From the sequence record MH494197.1: a stretch of DNA of 64,000 nucleotides; one strand, written 5' to 3'. The position numbers were made by a program, and so were the translations under genes. Under the pieces are notes generated by a model. The model did no database searches, was not told where the DNA came from, and worked only from the letters and a program-made list of their open reading frames with translations. Of this stretch, positions 1 to 11,643 are shown piece by piece; the stretch's first letter is position 1; the number at the start of each line of letters is the position of its first letter. This stretch comes from Escherichia phage CMSTMSU.

Positions 1-173
1 AAACGTTTCTTCAAATCTTCAGCATCAGTTTGGTTAAATTCATCTTCGATACTCTCCAATAAATGAATAACAGAGTTGATTGCATGATCTGCACGATTAC
101 CAAAACTCTGTAACGTATCTTTCTCTGGTGTATAGTCAACTATACTATCAAGTAGATTCTTTTATTGGATTTA

Positions 174-1698
174 CTAGACATTCATTATTTCCTTTGATTT
201 AACCATTGCTTCATTGCATTTACGATCAGTACCAATGTGAGGCTGTTGAGGCTGGGATTCAGTTTGTGTAGAAGTGATTGGATCACTATCTGTATTTAGT
301 GTTACGCTTTCAACACTCGGTGTAGTGCTTGGTTTAGGAGCACCAGAAAGCGTATGACGCAGTGTTTGCATTGTACTTGGTGGCATTGCCATGTTACCAC
401 CGCCGACCTTAGAGATGCCACTGTGACGGAATCCTGACCCATCAGTTTCGAATTGTTGGATTGTGGTTGCGTGGTCTAGTACACGAAGTGAGTCGATATC
501 ATATGACATACGCAAACGTGAACCAACTGCACTACTGTTACGTGTTTTCTGGAAGTCAAACCAAAGTTCGCCAGTTTCTTTACGTGCTTCAATGTAGATA
601 ACGTTATCCGCAGTATAGATTTTAGAAATACCACCAGCAATCTGACTTTGACTTTTCTTATCTTCATCCATACCACTACGGTTAAACTGTGACGCAGTGA
701 ATACGGTCAAATCCATTTTGGTTGCTAGTGCACGCAATTCTTCAGATACAAATTTATCTTTTGTAAATGTATTAGATTTATCATTAGGACCAAGACGATT
801 TGATGTTAATAGGTCAAGGTAGTCCACACAAACATAATCTAATTTGACTTCCATTTTAATTTGCAATTCACGAAGATAACTTTCAATATCATCAGTGGTT
901 GTTACGGATTCTGGTAAACGTTTAATACGCAATATACCACTATCCTTGCCTTCCATTTGAACTCGTAGACCAATCTTTTCAGCTTCGTTCTTAACGTTAC
1001 TTAGCTTAGATTCAGTCATCATACCATAGATACGAACGGCTACCAACTCTTCTGCTAGTTCTAGTGAAATGTATGCACCATTCATACCAGCCTTAGCAAA
1101 GTTAACTGCTAAGTTCTGTAGTACTACTGATTTACCACCACCAGACGCTGCTGCAAAGATTTCAAGTTCACGGCGACCAAAACCACCGAATAGTTTATAG
1201 TCAAGGGTTTCCCATCCACTCTTGAATGAACCTTGCATCGTGCTCAATGAACGAATGGTATCTTCTGGATTTTCAAAGATATCAAGACCAACTCATTCTG
1301 TACAGATACTAACATAGCTTCACGAATGAGTTCTTCGATGCCACCATATTTTTCTGATGTACTAATTCCATACCTTTCTCTGCTAGAGCTAGAGCTTTGT
1401 GACGGCAAAACTCACTACAGGTATCCAGTACTGCCTGTTTATGAAGTTCTTGTACTTCATAATGATCATACTGATAACCACCTTTCACTTCGATATCTTT
1501 CAGTGTAGGGGATGAACTATATTTTGCTGCATAATCATGAACGTACTGAATACTTTCATGAAATGTTTTATCAAAATATTCTGGCTTTAGAATATTTTTA
1601 CAACGTACAAATAAATCTGGATTACTGAAAACTTGGGATAGTAAGTATTGTTGTGCATTAATCCCATACTGTTTGACGTCCACTGTGCTTTGAATCAT
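174..1698 (-). CDS. Replicative DNA helicase, DnaB/gp41-like; frame break near 1248-1308
   Basis: C-terminal ORF has Walker A (AAASGGGKS) and RecA-like core; N-terminal ORF 1309-1698 resembles a DnaB N-domain; lies directly downstream of primase. Confidence 0.8.
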
Positions 1699-1724
1699 TT
1701 ATGTTCCCTCATTTATATCCTGTG

Positions 1725-2773
1725 TTACATCCACTTATCCGTTTGTGCTTTAATATAGAAAGGCTCGTCAACTATACTATCATGTATCAGTTGTAAACAA
1801 AATAATCTTCCAAATCTAGCACATGCTTCGTCAAAATCTTTAATGTGACGTATAGTACTTCCAACACGTACTGCCCCAAAATCTGGGAAAGAAACACTAA
1901 ATCCATATTCTAGTGCTTGTTCTATTGTTTGTAATCCATCCTTATCACGGTCAGGTACGATAACAATCTTTTTACCTTTTTCTTGTGCAGCTTTAAGTAC
2001 ATCTATTTGTACTGCTGACAATTTAAAGTTATTTGCAGAAACACCACCCATTAGTGCTGCATCCATTGGACCTTCACAAACTAATATAGTTTTAATTCGT
2101 TCATCTTGTAACAGATCATAATTATATAGAATATTAGTACTGACCTGATTAATAAAACGATAGGTACTTCCGGTCTTTAAGTTTGTGTCTAGCAGTATAT
2201 CCGATAATTTTACCGTTCATAACGTATGGTATGATAAATCGGTCATACATTTTATGTTCTTTAGCTGGACTCAATACAATTCTAAATCTAATAGATATGG
2301 ATTTCGCTCATTCACATGATTCAGAACACTAATAAATTCTTGTGGTATTTGCTCTTCTGGTAACGATGCCCATTCCCAGAATGTTTTTGAGTTCGGTGGT
2401 AATTCACGAACAGTTACACGTTGATATAGTTTAGATGCAGTAGTTTCTTGTTCTGCAAAGTCTCCACTATCAACCATTTCTTTAATGTAAAATTTAGCTA
2501 GTTCTATTTCCTTATCCTGTGCACCAAAGAAATGAGCAAAGACTCCATATCTTTGCTCATATATTTTCCAGTTGCCACCCAGTTTTTAGACTACAGTTAA
2601 AACAGTTATAAGAAACAGAACCATCTGCATTAAACATATGATTGCCGCGATTTTTAGTATCGGGGCGTGAATGACCACGGAACACACAAGCAGGACAATT
2701 GTGATGTGTCCACATACCAATTCGGTACTGGGTCATTCATGATTTGTGCCATGATGTTTTGTACAGCGTTCAT
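1725..2773 (-). CDS. DNA primase (zinc ribbon plus TOPRIM), several frame breaks
   Basis: Zinc ribbon HNCPACVF...YNCFNCS near the N-terminus in an alternate frame; TOPRIM motif KKIVIVPDRDKDG in ORF 1725-2066; SD and ATG at 2771-2773. Confidence 0.75.
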
Positions 2774-2802
2774 AATTTAATCCTTGTTATTTCTCACAAA
2801 TG

Positions 2803-2831
2803 ATTATAGCACAAACACTTGTTTTGTCTCA
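2803..2831 (-). promoter_or_regulatory. Early sigma70-like promoter for primase/helicase (TGAGAC, 17 nt, TGcTATAAT)
   Basis: Minus-sense TGAGAC (plus 2826-2831), 17-nt spacer, extended -10 TGCTATAAT (plus 2803-2808 = attata). Confidence 0.5.
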
Positions 2832-3185
2832 CCTGCGAATCAAAATTTTAGGAACTGACAGTAGTGGGTCATAGACTTTTCTTACTGCCGCATAGTCATA
2901 AGGAACTGGAACGATCTTAGGATGAATACAAACAACCAATCGCAACCACATGTAATTACCTTTAAAATTAAATGCTTGAATCCCATCTAACGCTTTAGGG
3001 AATCCATTTTCATCAATATCATTTTCGATATATTCTTTACCATCCAATTTAACAATAAACCATTTATAGTTTTCGTTATCAGTTGGTACGTTATTACACA
3101 AACATCCTTGTAATTGAATTCTACCAATAAATTTATCAAAGTACATTGCAATAGTACTAAGACCATCAACTAATCCGTACTGCAT
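2829..3185 (-). CDS. Hypothetical early protein (probably extends upstream after a frame break)
   Basis: ORF with phage-like composition in the early-gene block. Confidence 0.35.
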   Translation of the reverse strand: MQYGLVDGLSTIAMYFDKFIGRIQLQGCLCNNVPTDNENYKWFIVKLDGKEYIENDIDENGFPKALDGIQAFNFKGNYMWLRLVVCIHPKIVPVPYDYAAVRKVYDPLLSVPKILIRR

Positions 3186-3515
3186 TTGTGCAGGAAGGGA
3201 GATGTTGCCATTATATCAAATTCACCAATAACGCCACGAGCGATTGGTTCATGATAAAGCGTTTGATGGTAGTCCATGCTGGGTTTTATTAACAGATACT
3301 TCAATACTTGGCACAAACACAGGAGCAGCTTGGTCGGAAATGATCAATTCAGCAGAGGCTTCATAATCAAGACCAGTGTATAAGTACTGTGTAGGTTCAA
3401 TCAAGGAACCATCCATTGTTACTTTAGTAATACTCCATCTATATTTTGAACGGGACTAGTATCCTGAATTACACCAGCAGGAACAATACATCCATAATAT
3501 ACTTTTTACTATTAC

Positions 3516-3801
3516 CTAATGTTTGTCTTGCTTGTCCACTTTCTGATAGCCATGATGGTTTTGTTTATCCAGAACTACATCGAATAATTTAGTATTGTTT
3601 CTAGCATCAAAAATCATGAATGTTAGATATTCGTTATCTTTTAGTAATGTATATTTTCCATCAGCATTATGCACAGTGAATGATAAATTGTTATTTGCAC
3701 CTCTGTATATTGTAAGTTTCTCATTGCTGTATGGCATATTAAAATTGCCCAATGATACTTCTTGGTTATAAGGGTACATAAACACGCCGTGATGAGCCAT
3801 A
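3516..3801 (-). CDS. Hypothetical small protein
   Basis: Plausible start MAHHGVF at 3799-3801; the upstream part of listed ORF 3516-4034 is low complexity. Confidence 0.3.
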
Positions 3802-3857
3802 GTTTTTCCTTCCATAAATAATAGGTATAAATTTATACTAATATTTATGGAACTCAT

Positions 3858-4184
3858 ATGAATCAATATAATACTATTCCACCATTTATCACGGTAGTTC
3901 AGTGTGATGGTAAAACTTTCATTGGTATTATCAAGATAAAAAGTAAACAGTATACTACTCTTTACTGCTTTGATGATATGGATGAACCAATGCAAGATGA
4001 ATTGTTGGGTATAGCACATGATTGGTGGTGGCAAAGCAACAGGTCAATTCCAGTCTGTCTATTCTTCCAAGAAGAGATGGAGAAATTTGAACCTTACACA
4101 CAGAGATTCGATACCTGCGGTGAATTTCGTTTGTGGTCCAGTAGTTTCTTTATGATTTGCCACAAAACGCATCAAGCGTCGTAA
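3858..4184 (+). CDS. Hypothetical small protein on the opposite strand
   Basis: ORF preceded by ATAAATAA and TATAAAT late-promoter-like motifs at 3812-3835. Confidence 0.3.
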   Translation: MNQYNTIPPFITVVQCDGKTFIGIIKIKSKQYTTLYCFDDMDEPMQDELLGIAHDWWWQSNRSIPVCLFFQEEMEKFEPYTQRFDTCGEFRLWSSSFFMICHKTHQAS

Positions 4185-4192
4185 TGTGGCTC

Positions 4193-4860
4193 TTAAGAAG
4201 AAGTAAGATGTTCAACTAAAGCGTTAAGTTGAACTACAATCATTAAGCTGTATGCATACGCATGTGGCTTTTTGAAATATCGTAACTTATTTCCTGCTTG
4301 GTCTGTGCCAATAGTACTGTAATCCCATATAGTGGATTCAACTTCACTCCATGTATTCATACTTTGGCACTGCCTTTTCAGACGAATCATTGCAATAAAC
4401 ATTGCAAGTTCATCAATGGATTTAGGTTTCCACACATTTAATAATGTAACGTGTTTTTAATCTGTGAAAGATGTTCAACTATTTCTGGTTCTAACAGAAG
4501 ATCCCAATTAGGTTCCTGATTCATTAGTTCTTTTAAATGTGCTCTATCACGAACATACTGGTAAGCCGATTGTGACAGGATATCTACCTTTTGATATCCC
4601 AAGCGTTCGGCTTCTTTATATTGTATGCTGGCTAAACCAGTGATAGGGTCAATTGGTATATTATCAAAATGAACACCACTGTTATGGGGATTAAACCATC
4701 CTCCGTAATTTTTCTGTACTTCGCACACAAGGAAGCTGTGCAATCACTGACTTACTATCTTTAAAGTCAATGTCGATATCTGTTCGTGCTTTACGGTACG
4801 AATTAGAATTTGTCGAATCCTGCATTTTTGATTTGCTCCTGCAATTTGTTTACAGTGTTA
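4193..4860 (-). CDS. Hypothetical protein (~220 aa, frame-disrupted)
   Basis: ORFs 4193-4435 and 4438-4743 plus an upstream start MQDSTNSNSYRK read as one protein across frame breaks. Confidence 0.4.
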
Positions 4861-4882
4861 GATAATTTGGTTACCTGATTTT

Positions 4883-5131
4883 CTAACATTGTACACTTTG
4901 TTTGGTCTTTGACAACTCTTGACTTAGACCAAAGAATCTTTCCTCATGTCTTTCAACCATACTGATAATTTTTTCTACACGAACAGGATCGTGCACCTGA
5001 AAGGTTTTACCATCAAGTGTAATTTCAGTTATAGAACCCTGTCTAAGCAATGATAAAGATTTAGATTTATCTGCTTTTGGCACAGGTACATACCCTTCTG
5101 GTATTTTATTATATATACTTTTTCCATTCAT
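4883..5131 (-). CDS. Hypothetical protein
   Basis: 82-aa ORF. Confidence 0.35.
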   Translation of the reverse strand: MNGKSIYNKIPEGYVPVPKADKSKSLSLLRQGSITEITLDGKTFQVHDPVRVEKIISMVERHEERFFGLSQELSKTKQSVQC

Positions 5132-5134
5132 AAT

Positions 5135-5683
5135 CCAGCCTCACGTAGCATACTTTTTATTTCATCACATTCCTTTTTGTACTTTATAGTTTTAACCTCA
5201 AAGTAACTAGGATCAATGTATTTAAGTATATACTCGATTTCAGAGTTAGAGAGATTCTTGAAAAACTTATTAGTACTTTCTTTTGGTGCTAACCAGATAA
5301 TCCAAGGTGAAATCTTACCACTCTCAATCCATGCAATTGCACGGGCAGAACTAACATTGGAAAAAACTTATTCCACTCCAAGTTCAGATTCTGACCCCAT
5401 TCCACCATCGCAACAACACTACGGAAACCGCAGCATTGGGAGATTCAGAACGAATACAATCTAATATCCATTCATCCTTTGCTTTATAAGTACTCCATTC
5501 CATAATAGGACGGTTTCTTACAATTAGACTTTTTACAAAACCATCAATATCTAAAATATCACGGTTGTTCAAATAATAAATTGCAAAATCATAAAAATCA
5601 CTAAAGTACTTTGATTTTATAAAAGCCATTAATGGTTCAACACCCTTCTTGAAAGGGAAATGGTTTAACTCCATGAATTGCAT
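5135..5683 (-). CDS. Hypothetical protein (~180 aa, one frame break)
   Basis: ORF 5384-5683 continues in another frame to about 5135. Confidence 0.4.
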
Positions 5684-5835
5684 ATAATGCGAAAAGCCTC
5701 CCTCATGGGGCGGCTATCACGATCTTCGTAGCGGTCACGTTTAACACACTTATGTGTGTTAACTGTGTCTTCGCGTTTAAATTCTTTATCACAGAACTTA
5801 CATTTGTATACGGGACTACTTGATTTCTTTGCCAT
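5665..5835 (-). CDS. Small zinc-finger protein (56 aa, C-x2-C-x12-H-x-C)
   Basis: MAKKSSSPVYKCKFCDKEFKREDTVNTHKC...; start overlaps the stop of the upstream gene and its 3' end overlaps the next start. Confidence 0.4.
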   Translation of the reverse strand: MAKKSSSPVYKCKFCDKEFKREDTVNTHKCVKRDRYEDRDSRPMREAFRIICNSWS

Positions 5836-6659
5836 ATTTCTTACATTCTTCTTTAAATAATTTCATCATTGATTTCATTTCTTTCTCTTGTAAACCTATG
5901 TCTTCAAGGAAAGACTCGAATGTTTTTTGTTATATTGCAACAAAACAATTTTATATTCATCTTCGTTCATTTGAGTTGCGATTGAATCTGGCTGTGTACT
6001 TTTAATGAGTTCAAATAATTCATTATTAGCACGCTTAAAACTCTTGGAAAAGTTTAACCAGTTTCGTGGCAATTCCTTACCACCCAACATATCATGAACA
6101 GAACATAGTAGTTGATATACAAGTTCAGGGTGTTCTTTCATGTCCCAGAACCCATCATTAACCATATCATTCAACATAATCAACTGATAACGTACAACGT
6201 CACTGTCAACCAATGAGATGATCTGTCCACCAGCAATACTAAATTCAGTCATTGCGGCAATCAACTTGTTAGCATCATCATTGCTTTGTACGGCAAACTT
6301 GATACGCCAATCATAGTCACTGTGACAGTACTTAGTAACTGATGTTACATTAACACCAGTACTATTGAGTTCTTTGACAAGTTCAGTGAGTGCTTCTTTG
6401 CCACCAGCTTTCCACTTACCAAATACGTTTTCCACTTTACTACTAGGAAAGTTACTTGAAGTGAGTCATCAAGTGAACTTACCCAACGAAGTACAGTATA
6501 AGGCGTAAATTCCTTACGCTCATCTTCGGTCATGTCATTATAGTATTTGTAATCTGCACGGTCAATATGTTTTAGAAATTCAGCAATAGAAAATGTATGC
6601 TGGGTTGGTTTATCGTTTTCGTCTACTGACTTAGCTTTAATATTACTGAAATCTAACAC
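5823..6659 (-). CDS. Hypothetical protein (~275 aa, frame-disrupted)
   Basis: ORFs 6345-6659 and 5896-6435 plus a short C-terminal frame. Confidence 0.4.
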
Positions 6660-6669
6660 TATTACACTC

Positions 6670-7158
6670 CTAGATACAAATCTTGAATTTTCTCGTTCTC
6701 ATCTGCAAAGTAAACACAAGGTGGATTGTCACCACTGTGCAGAGGAACACATAGTAAGTTCTTCTTAGGCAACATAGGATCTGCCATTTAGTAGTGAGTG
6801 CGAATACACGCAGCACTTTTACAGGTTCGAACTTAGGATACATTGAGCGGATTGGATTGTAAACAAAAGCTTTAGGTTCTTTCATATTAAGAATGTTTTC
6901 AATGGTACACATCTCAACCATACCTGTCTCTTCATCACCCAACATGATTTGCCAACCCAATGGTACTTGGATAATCTTTTCACCAATCTGCAAATCAGCA
7001 CTGATACTATTAAATGACACAGTGTTTAAAATGTGGCGAAAATAAAAGTCAGAGTCACCGTTTGGACTCAAATCTAAAACACAATACATTTCTGATGGAA
7101 TGTGTTCAGTTACTAAATCCATATCAAATGAATTATTTTCTGGGGTTAATACGTTCAT
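6670..7158 (-). CDS. Hypothetical protein
   Basis: First ~115 aa plausible, then frame break. Confidence 0.35.
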   Translation of the reverse strand: MNVLTPENNSFDMDLVTEHIPSEMYCVLDLSPNGDSDFYFRHILNTVSFNSISADLQIGEKIIQVPLGWQIMLGDEETGMVEMCTIENILNMKEPKAFVYNPIRSMYPKFEPVKVLRVFALTTKWQILCCLRRTYYVFLCTVVTIHLVFTLQMRTRKFKICI

Positions 7159-7167
7159 CTCATCTCC

Positions 7168-7593
7168 TTAGTACTGGGAATCTTCATCTTCATCGTAGTA
7201 ATCTTCTTCATCTTCATCGGATGTACCATAGAATTCAAGACCATACGTTTCACACATTTCTTGAATCTTATCAACATCAGTATCTAAGTAAGAATCAAAA
7301 TTACCACTAAGACTAACAACATCAATAAACGTTGTAGTATCAGTACTTGCATAGATGATATCATATTTTAATGATTCAACTTTCGAGTCAATTCTGGTTT
7401 GCAATTCATAGATATTAATCCATGAATTAGTGTCAATATTACATCTCCAAACATTAGTATCGTCAGTTTCTAGTTCAGGTATATAGTCAAGTGAAGATAC
7501 CATGTCATCCATAATACCATCATTCAACAATACATCAATTACATCTAACGTTTCTTGGTCACAGATAAAAGCAATACTAGATCTTAATTCCAT
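7168..7593 (-). CDS. Strongly acidic small protein (141 aa)
   Basis: D/E-rich throughout; C-terminus SDEDEEDYYDEDEDSQY; own SD AAGGAAG. Confidence 0.5.
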   Translation of the reverse strand: MELRSSIAFICDQETLDVIDVLLNDGIMDDMVSSLDYIPELETDDTNVWRCNIDTNSWINIYELQTRIDSKVESLKYDIIYASTDTTTFIDVVSLSGNFDSYLDTDVDKIQEMCETYGLEFYGTSDEDEEDYYDEDEDSQY

Positions 7594-7628
7594 TTTTATT
7601 TTACTTCCTTGTTGTTGTCATACGACAC

Positions 7629-7660
7629 ATTATATCATGCACAGCGGATTATCCCGCTGT
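7629..7660 (-). promoter_or_regulatory. Early promoter (TGaTATAAT) with overlapping 7-bp palindrome
   Basis: Minus-sense TGATATAAT at plus 7629-7637; palindrome acagcgg/ccgctgt at 7641-7660 covers the UvsW-like stop and the -35 region. Confidence 0.4.
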
Positions 7661-9129
7661 ATTTTCCCAATCCTTAACATCTATGATACTATGAGGATAT
7701 TGTGCTTCCTTGTAGTATTGTAAACGTTCACGTAAGTGTTTTGCACTATATTTGTTTGTACCACTGATATCAAAGATTTCCACGTGGTCTTTGTCTTCTG
7801 CTCGACGCAACCCACGACCAATGGACTGTATGGTACGAACGAAGCTCTTTCCGGTTCGATTAGAACAACATTATACAAACGAGAAATACTGATACCAGTA
7901 CTTGCTACCCCATAGGTTGCAATGAGTATTTTGTTATCAGCCCAGCGAATTTCACCATATGAAGATTCACGATCTTTCTTTTGGTTTCACCACGAACAAA
8001 TTCTGACTTAGGAATACCCAAAAATTCACAAAGTAATTCACCAGCTTCAAGTCTATCAACCAGTACTAAAGTGTTTCCAGATTCTGCTAACGCACCTATC
8101 AGTGATGCTACATATGCCATTCTATCACGGTCAGTAACTAAGTACTTCAATTCTTCTGCATATGACGCGAACTTTAAATTACTTTTAAGTTTAATACAGT
8201 TCACATTACATGTGCTTAGTATTTTTTATCTTGTAATTCTTTAGCTGTGATTTTAAATATCACATCGCCAACGTTACATTTAATCTTCGCAGCGACAACT
8301 TGGTCTTTAGGATTGTACCAGTTAATCCCCAGCGAAGTGGGACGTTATTCATAACTTTAGAGAGTACTTGAACTAATGCATCACCACCAGCACCTTGACA
8401 CTCATCAACAATCACACAAACCACACCATCAATAAAGTCATGAACGTCTTGTTCAGTCAGTTCAATTTCACCTTTCTTTGTTTTCTTCCACAAAGAGTTG
8501 AATGACTGCCGTAGTGATTGTGTGTTGGTGACCAAAGTCTTTCTGTGCACCATAGAACACTCCAGTGTCAAGACCACACATAACATAGTCATCATATGTT
8601 TGCTGCACCAAATCAGTACTGGGTACGATAATCACAGAACGTCCATACTCCTGTACCTTCTTGGATAATGCTGCTGTGATGAGCGTTTTACCAGCCCCTG
8701 TAGCTGCTAATAATAAACCATGTGGGTTTGCAAGGCAAGCATTAACTGCGTTCACCTGATGCTCTCTGAGCTTGATTGACTTACCTTCCATGTGGTGTCC
8801 AGCACCAAACACAACATCACTAAAAATATCTTCATCAATTGGTTCAAAATTGAATCCGTAATTGACACGATGATCTTCAAGTTCAATATCAATTTTGCTT
8901 CATCTAAGATTGGCAACAACTTATCCAACATGTGGTAGTAAGTACTGCCACCTAAGTTCATAAACTGTACCTTACCATCCCAACGACCAATACGACCAGC
9001 AGGGGTGAACTTAGCGTATGGAAGTACATATTCTGTTGCACGAATCATCTTCTGACGAATTGAGGATCTAGTCCCTCAAATTTACAATTAACCTCGTCCA
9101 GTAAGGTTAGCTTACAAGTTTTCATCCAT
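7649..9129 (-). CDS. uvsW: UvsW-like SF2 DNA helicase (frame-disrupted)
   Basis: N-terminal GRIGRWDGKV, motif I AATGAGKT, DECQ (motif II), C-terminal IQSIGRGLR; pattern matches T4 UvsW from memory. Confidence 0.7.
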
Positions 9130-9140
9130 GAATACCTTTA

Positions 9141-9959
9141 TTAATTAGTTCGAGTATTATATTCGTACTCAAATGTATATACTAAATCTTTATCACAGTT
9201 TGGGTTACTTGCATCAAGAATATCACTGTTAGTAATCATCCATTCAATATAGTTCAATGGAACAGTTTCCATTGGTTCGCCTTTGTGTTTACCAAATGGC
9301 ATGAATTTATAACGCATTGGTGTATTACAGAATGTTACGATTTGTTCACCAATGTCACCATTAGGGTCAATATGTCCACGTTCAATCGCAACTTCAATCA
9401 ATTTGATTAGAACTTGATAACACATAAACACGTCATCTTTTGCTGCGTGAGCATTGACTGCACGATGTACATCACGATAGCAACCAAATTTATACCACAA
9501 ATAACTTAGAGTTAAGTTTTTGAATTCAGTGTCTTCTGCAAACATCTTCTTAGCTAAACGAAGGGTACAAATCCATTTATCTTCATCGAGCAAGTACTGC
9601 GAAACTGAGTTACGATATTTATATTCGTTATCTACCATCATTCGGCGGTCAAATTGAACGTTGTGTCCAATAAAATAATTACGACACCCCATTAGTGCGT
9701 CAATGTTTTCTAAGTCATCTTTATATCCAATGCAGTTTGCTACATCTTCAGTACTGATAAAATGCACAGCACTTGCTTCTGGTGGTATATCTTTTAGTGG
9801 TTTATAACGCAAAGTGTAGTTATCAATAGTATCAATATTCTCATGTGCACCGTGAGGATATGAAATACTAAATTCAATAATATCATCTTCACTTTCTACA
9901 CCAGTCGTTTCGGTGTCTAGTACTGATACGTTTGATAGGAACTCATCTAATTTTGTCAT
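9141..9959 (-). CDS. DnaQ-like 3'-5' exonuclease (DexA-like)
   Basis: Exo I motif VLDTETTG near the N-terminus, 272 aa. Confidence 0.65.
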   Translation of the reverse strand: MTKLDEFLSNVSVLDTETTGVESEDDIIEFSISYPHGAHENIDTIDNYTLRYKPLKDIPPEASAVHFISTEDVANCIGYKDDLENIDALMGCRNYFIGHNVQFDRRMMVDNEYKYRNSVSQYLLDEDKWICTLRLAKKMFAEDTEFKNLTLSYLWYKFGCYRDVHRAVNAHAAKDDVFMCYQVLIKLIEVAIERGHIDPNGDIGEQIVTFCNTPMRYKFMPFGKHKGEPMETVPLNYIEWMITNSDILDASNPNCDKDLVYTFEYEYNTRTN

Positions 9960-9975
9960 TTTATTCTCGATAGAA

Positions 9976-9996
9976 AAGGACGCGTAATGCGTCCTT
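9976..9996 (-). terminator. Palindromic hairpin between gene 10005-10462 and the exonuclease start
   Basis: aaggacgc-gtaat-gcgtcctt, 8-bp stem; weak U tract in minus sense. Confidence 0.35.
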
Positions 9997-10004
9997 ATGG
10001 ATAG

Positions 10005-10462
10005 TTATTCTAAACGTGCATCTTCAATACCCGCAGCACGTAGTCTCACAATATTGTTTAACTGAAAAGCTTTCATCTCTAAGGATTTAACAATACTGGA
10101 AAACGTATTACGGATATATGATACTTCATTTATTAGTTCGGATAATTCACAAACTTCTTTATCACCTTCAACATACTTTTACAGTCAGAAGATGATAGTG
10201 CTCGACGATATGCTTCAAGGAAATATTTAAACTTTTCAGCTTGTAGTTGACGCATTTCAATTTCTAGCATTTCAAGTACCGCTTTAGTTCTTGAAGCTGA
10301 CTGAGACGAGTCTCATGCCAGCCGAATCTCCTGAGCAATCTTTTCAATGATGCCAATCTTTTTAACTTCACGACGAGCTTCTTCAGTTTCTTTTTCGAAG
10401 TGTTCAATCATGTCGATTATTTTAGATTTATCATCTTTGATGATCCAATGCCAAGGTTTCAT
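10005..10462 (-). CDS. Coiled-coil protein, possible UvsY-like recombination mediator
   Basis: Translationally coupled (TAATG overlap) downstream of the UvsX-like gene; C-terminal pattern resembles T4 UvsY from memory. Confidence 0.35.
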
Positions 10463-10647
10463 TATTCCTCACTACTTCCAATATCAGTACCAAATGATTC
10501 ATCACCTTTTTCTTCTTCTTTGACTTCTTCAATCAAAGGGTGACGTTTGAATTGATTCATAACTAAATCAAGACAAGAATCTTCGTTACGCATCCATTCT
10601 TTACGATATTTTAGAATCTGTTCACCAGTGTCAATATCAACGTACAT
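10462..10647 (-). CDS. Small acidic protein (61 aa)
   Basis: ORF coupled to both neighbours by 1-nt overlaps. Confidence 0.3.
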   Translation of the reverse strand: MYVDIDTGEQILKYRKEWMRNEDSCLDLVMNQFKRHPLIEEVKEEEKGDESFGTDIGSSEE

Positions 10648-11579
10648 TAGACGTTACCCGATTTAACGATAAGTTCATATTTCTCGAACATATCTAGTAG
10701 ACCACTGCGTGGGTCCATACCTTTATCCCAAGGAATTTTAATCTCAACATCTTCAAATGGTTTGTTGTAACGAGTCTTCATGACTTTACATTTAGAACGA
10801 ATACCACTTACATCTGAAGTCTTGTTGCCTTCTTCATCTTCTTTAAGTTTTAGTTTACCCATTGCGATAACCATAGAAGATGCATAAATCAAACCACTAC
10901 CACCAGATACTTTTGGATCAGGGTTGAACATATCTTGGGATTCATAACTATGGTTTACACAAACCATACCAATGTTAAGTGAACCAATCGAGTTTACGCA
11001 GTTGGTGATGTAAGCTTTAAGCTGTTTAGGTTTGTGACCCATATCACCTTTCAAGTTACCAGCTTTCATCTGGTCATTAGCAACTTCAGTATTCAACATA
11101 CCAATTGAGTCGATAATGAATAATACTTTTTGACGTTCTTCTTTAGGAGTATTTTCGTATTCTTTACGATACCCTTCGATGAACTCATAGGTAAATTTAG
11201 CAACATCACCAATCATACCCATGTTTACTTTTAGTAGTTTTTCTTCTGAAGTGTCTACACCTAGTGCTTGTAGCCAATCTGAATCCAATGCGTTCTCGGA
11301 ATCAATCATAACAACAAAGATACCTTGTTGTTGTGCTTCACGGGCGATGTTTCCAGAAACGATAAATGATTTACCAGAACCAGATTCACCAGCAAACATT
11401 GTTACTTTACCCAGTGGAATACCACGGTCAAAATAACCACTAATACGATAGTTCAAAGCAAAGTTACCAGTACTAATCCATGTATCAGGATCATGAAAGC
11501 CTACGCTAACACCAGTATTCTTTTTAACGCTACCAGTACTATTTTTTAGAATGTTTGCAAAACCACTTGTCATTTTCAT
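10647..11579 (-). CDS. uvsX: RecA/UvsX-like recombinase
   Basis: Walker A FAGESGSGKSF, RecA-type FIIDSIGML, 310 aa. Confidence 0.8.
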   Translation of the reverse strand: MKMTSGFANILKNSTGSVKKNTGVSVGFHDPDTWISTGNFALNYRISGYFDRGIPLGKVTMFAGESGSGKSFIVSGNIAREAQQQGIFVVMIDSENALDSDWLQALGVDTSEEKLLKVNMGMIGDVAKFTYEFIEGYRKEYENTPKEERQKVLFIIDSIGMLNTEVANDQMKAGNLKGDMGHKPKQLKAYITNCVNSIGSLNIGMVCVNHSYESQDMFNPDPKVSGGSGLIYASSMVIAMGKLKLKEDEEGNKTSDVSGIRSKCKVMKTRYNKPFEDVEIKIPWDKGMDPRSGLLDMFEKYELIVKSGNV

Positions 11580-11643
11580 AATTCGCTCCTTGAATTTTAT
11601 GAATAAAACCGCAAACTCCGTTGCCCTTAACTTTCAAATACTA

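Noticed and set aside
476-1508. Nested ORFs 476-676 (-) and 1326-1508 (+) within the helicase gene
   Set aside because: Alternate-frame and antisense ORFs with implausible composition inside a gene with clear Walker A and DnaB-like sequence.
5896-6659. Assignment of this gene as clamp-loader small subunit (gp62-like)
   Set aside because: Only a short GKW...VN...Y resemblance from memory, no adjacent AAA+ gene with a Walker A motif, and the size is wrong; left as hypothetical.
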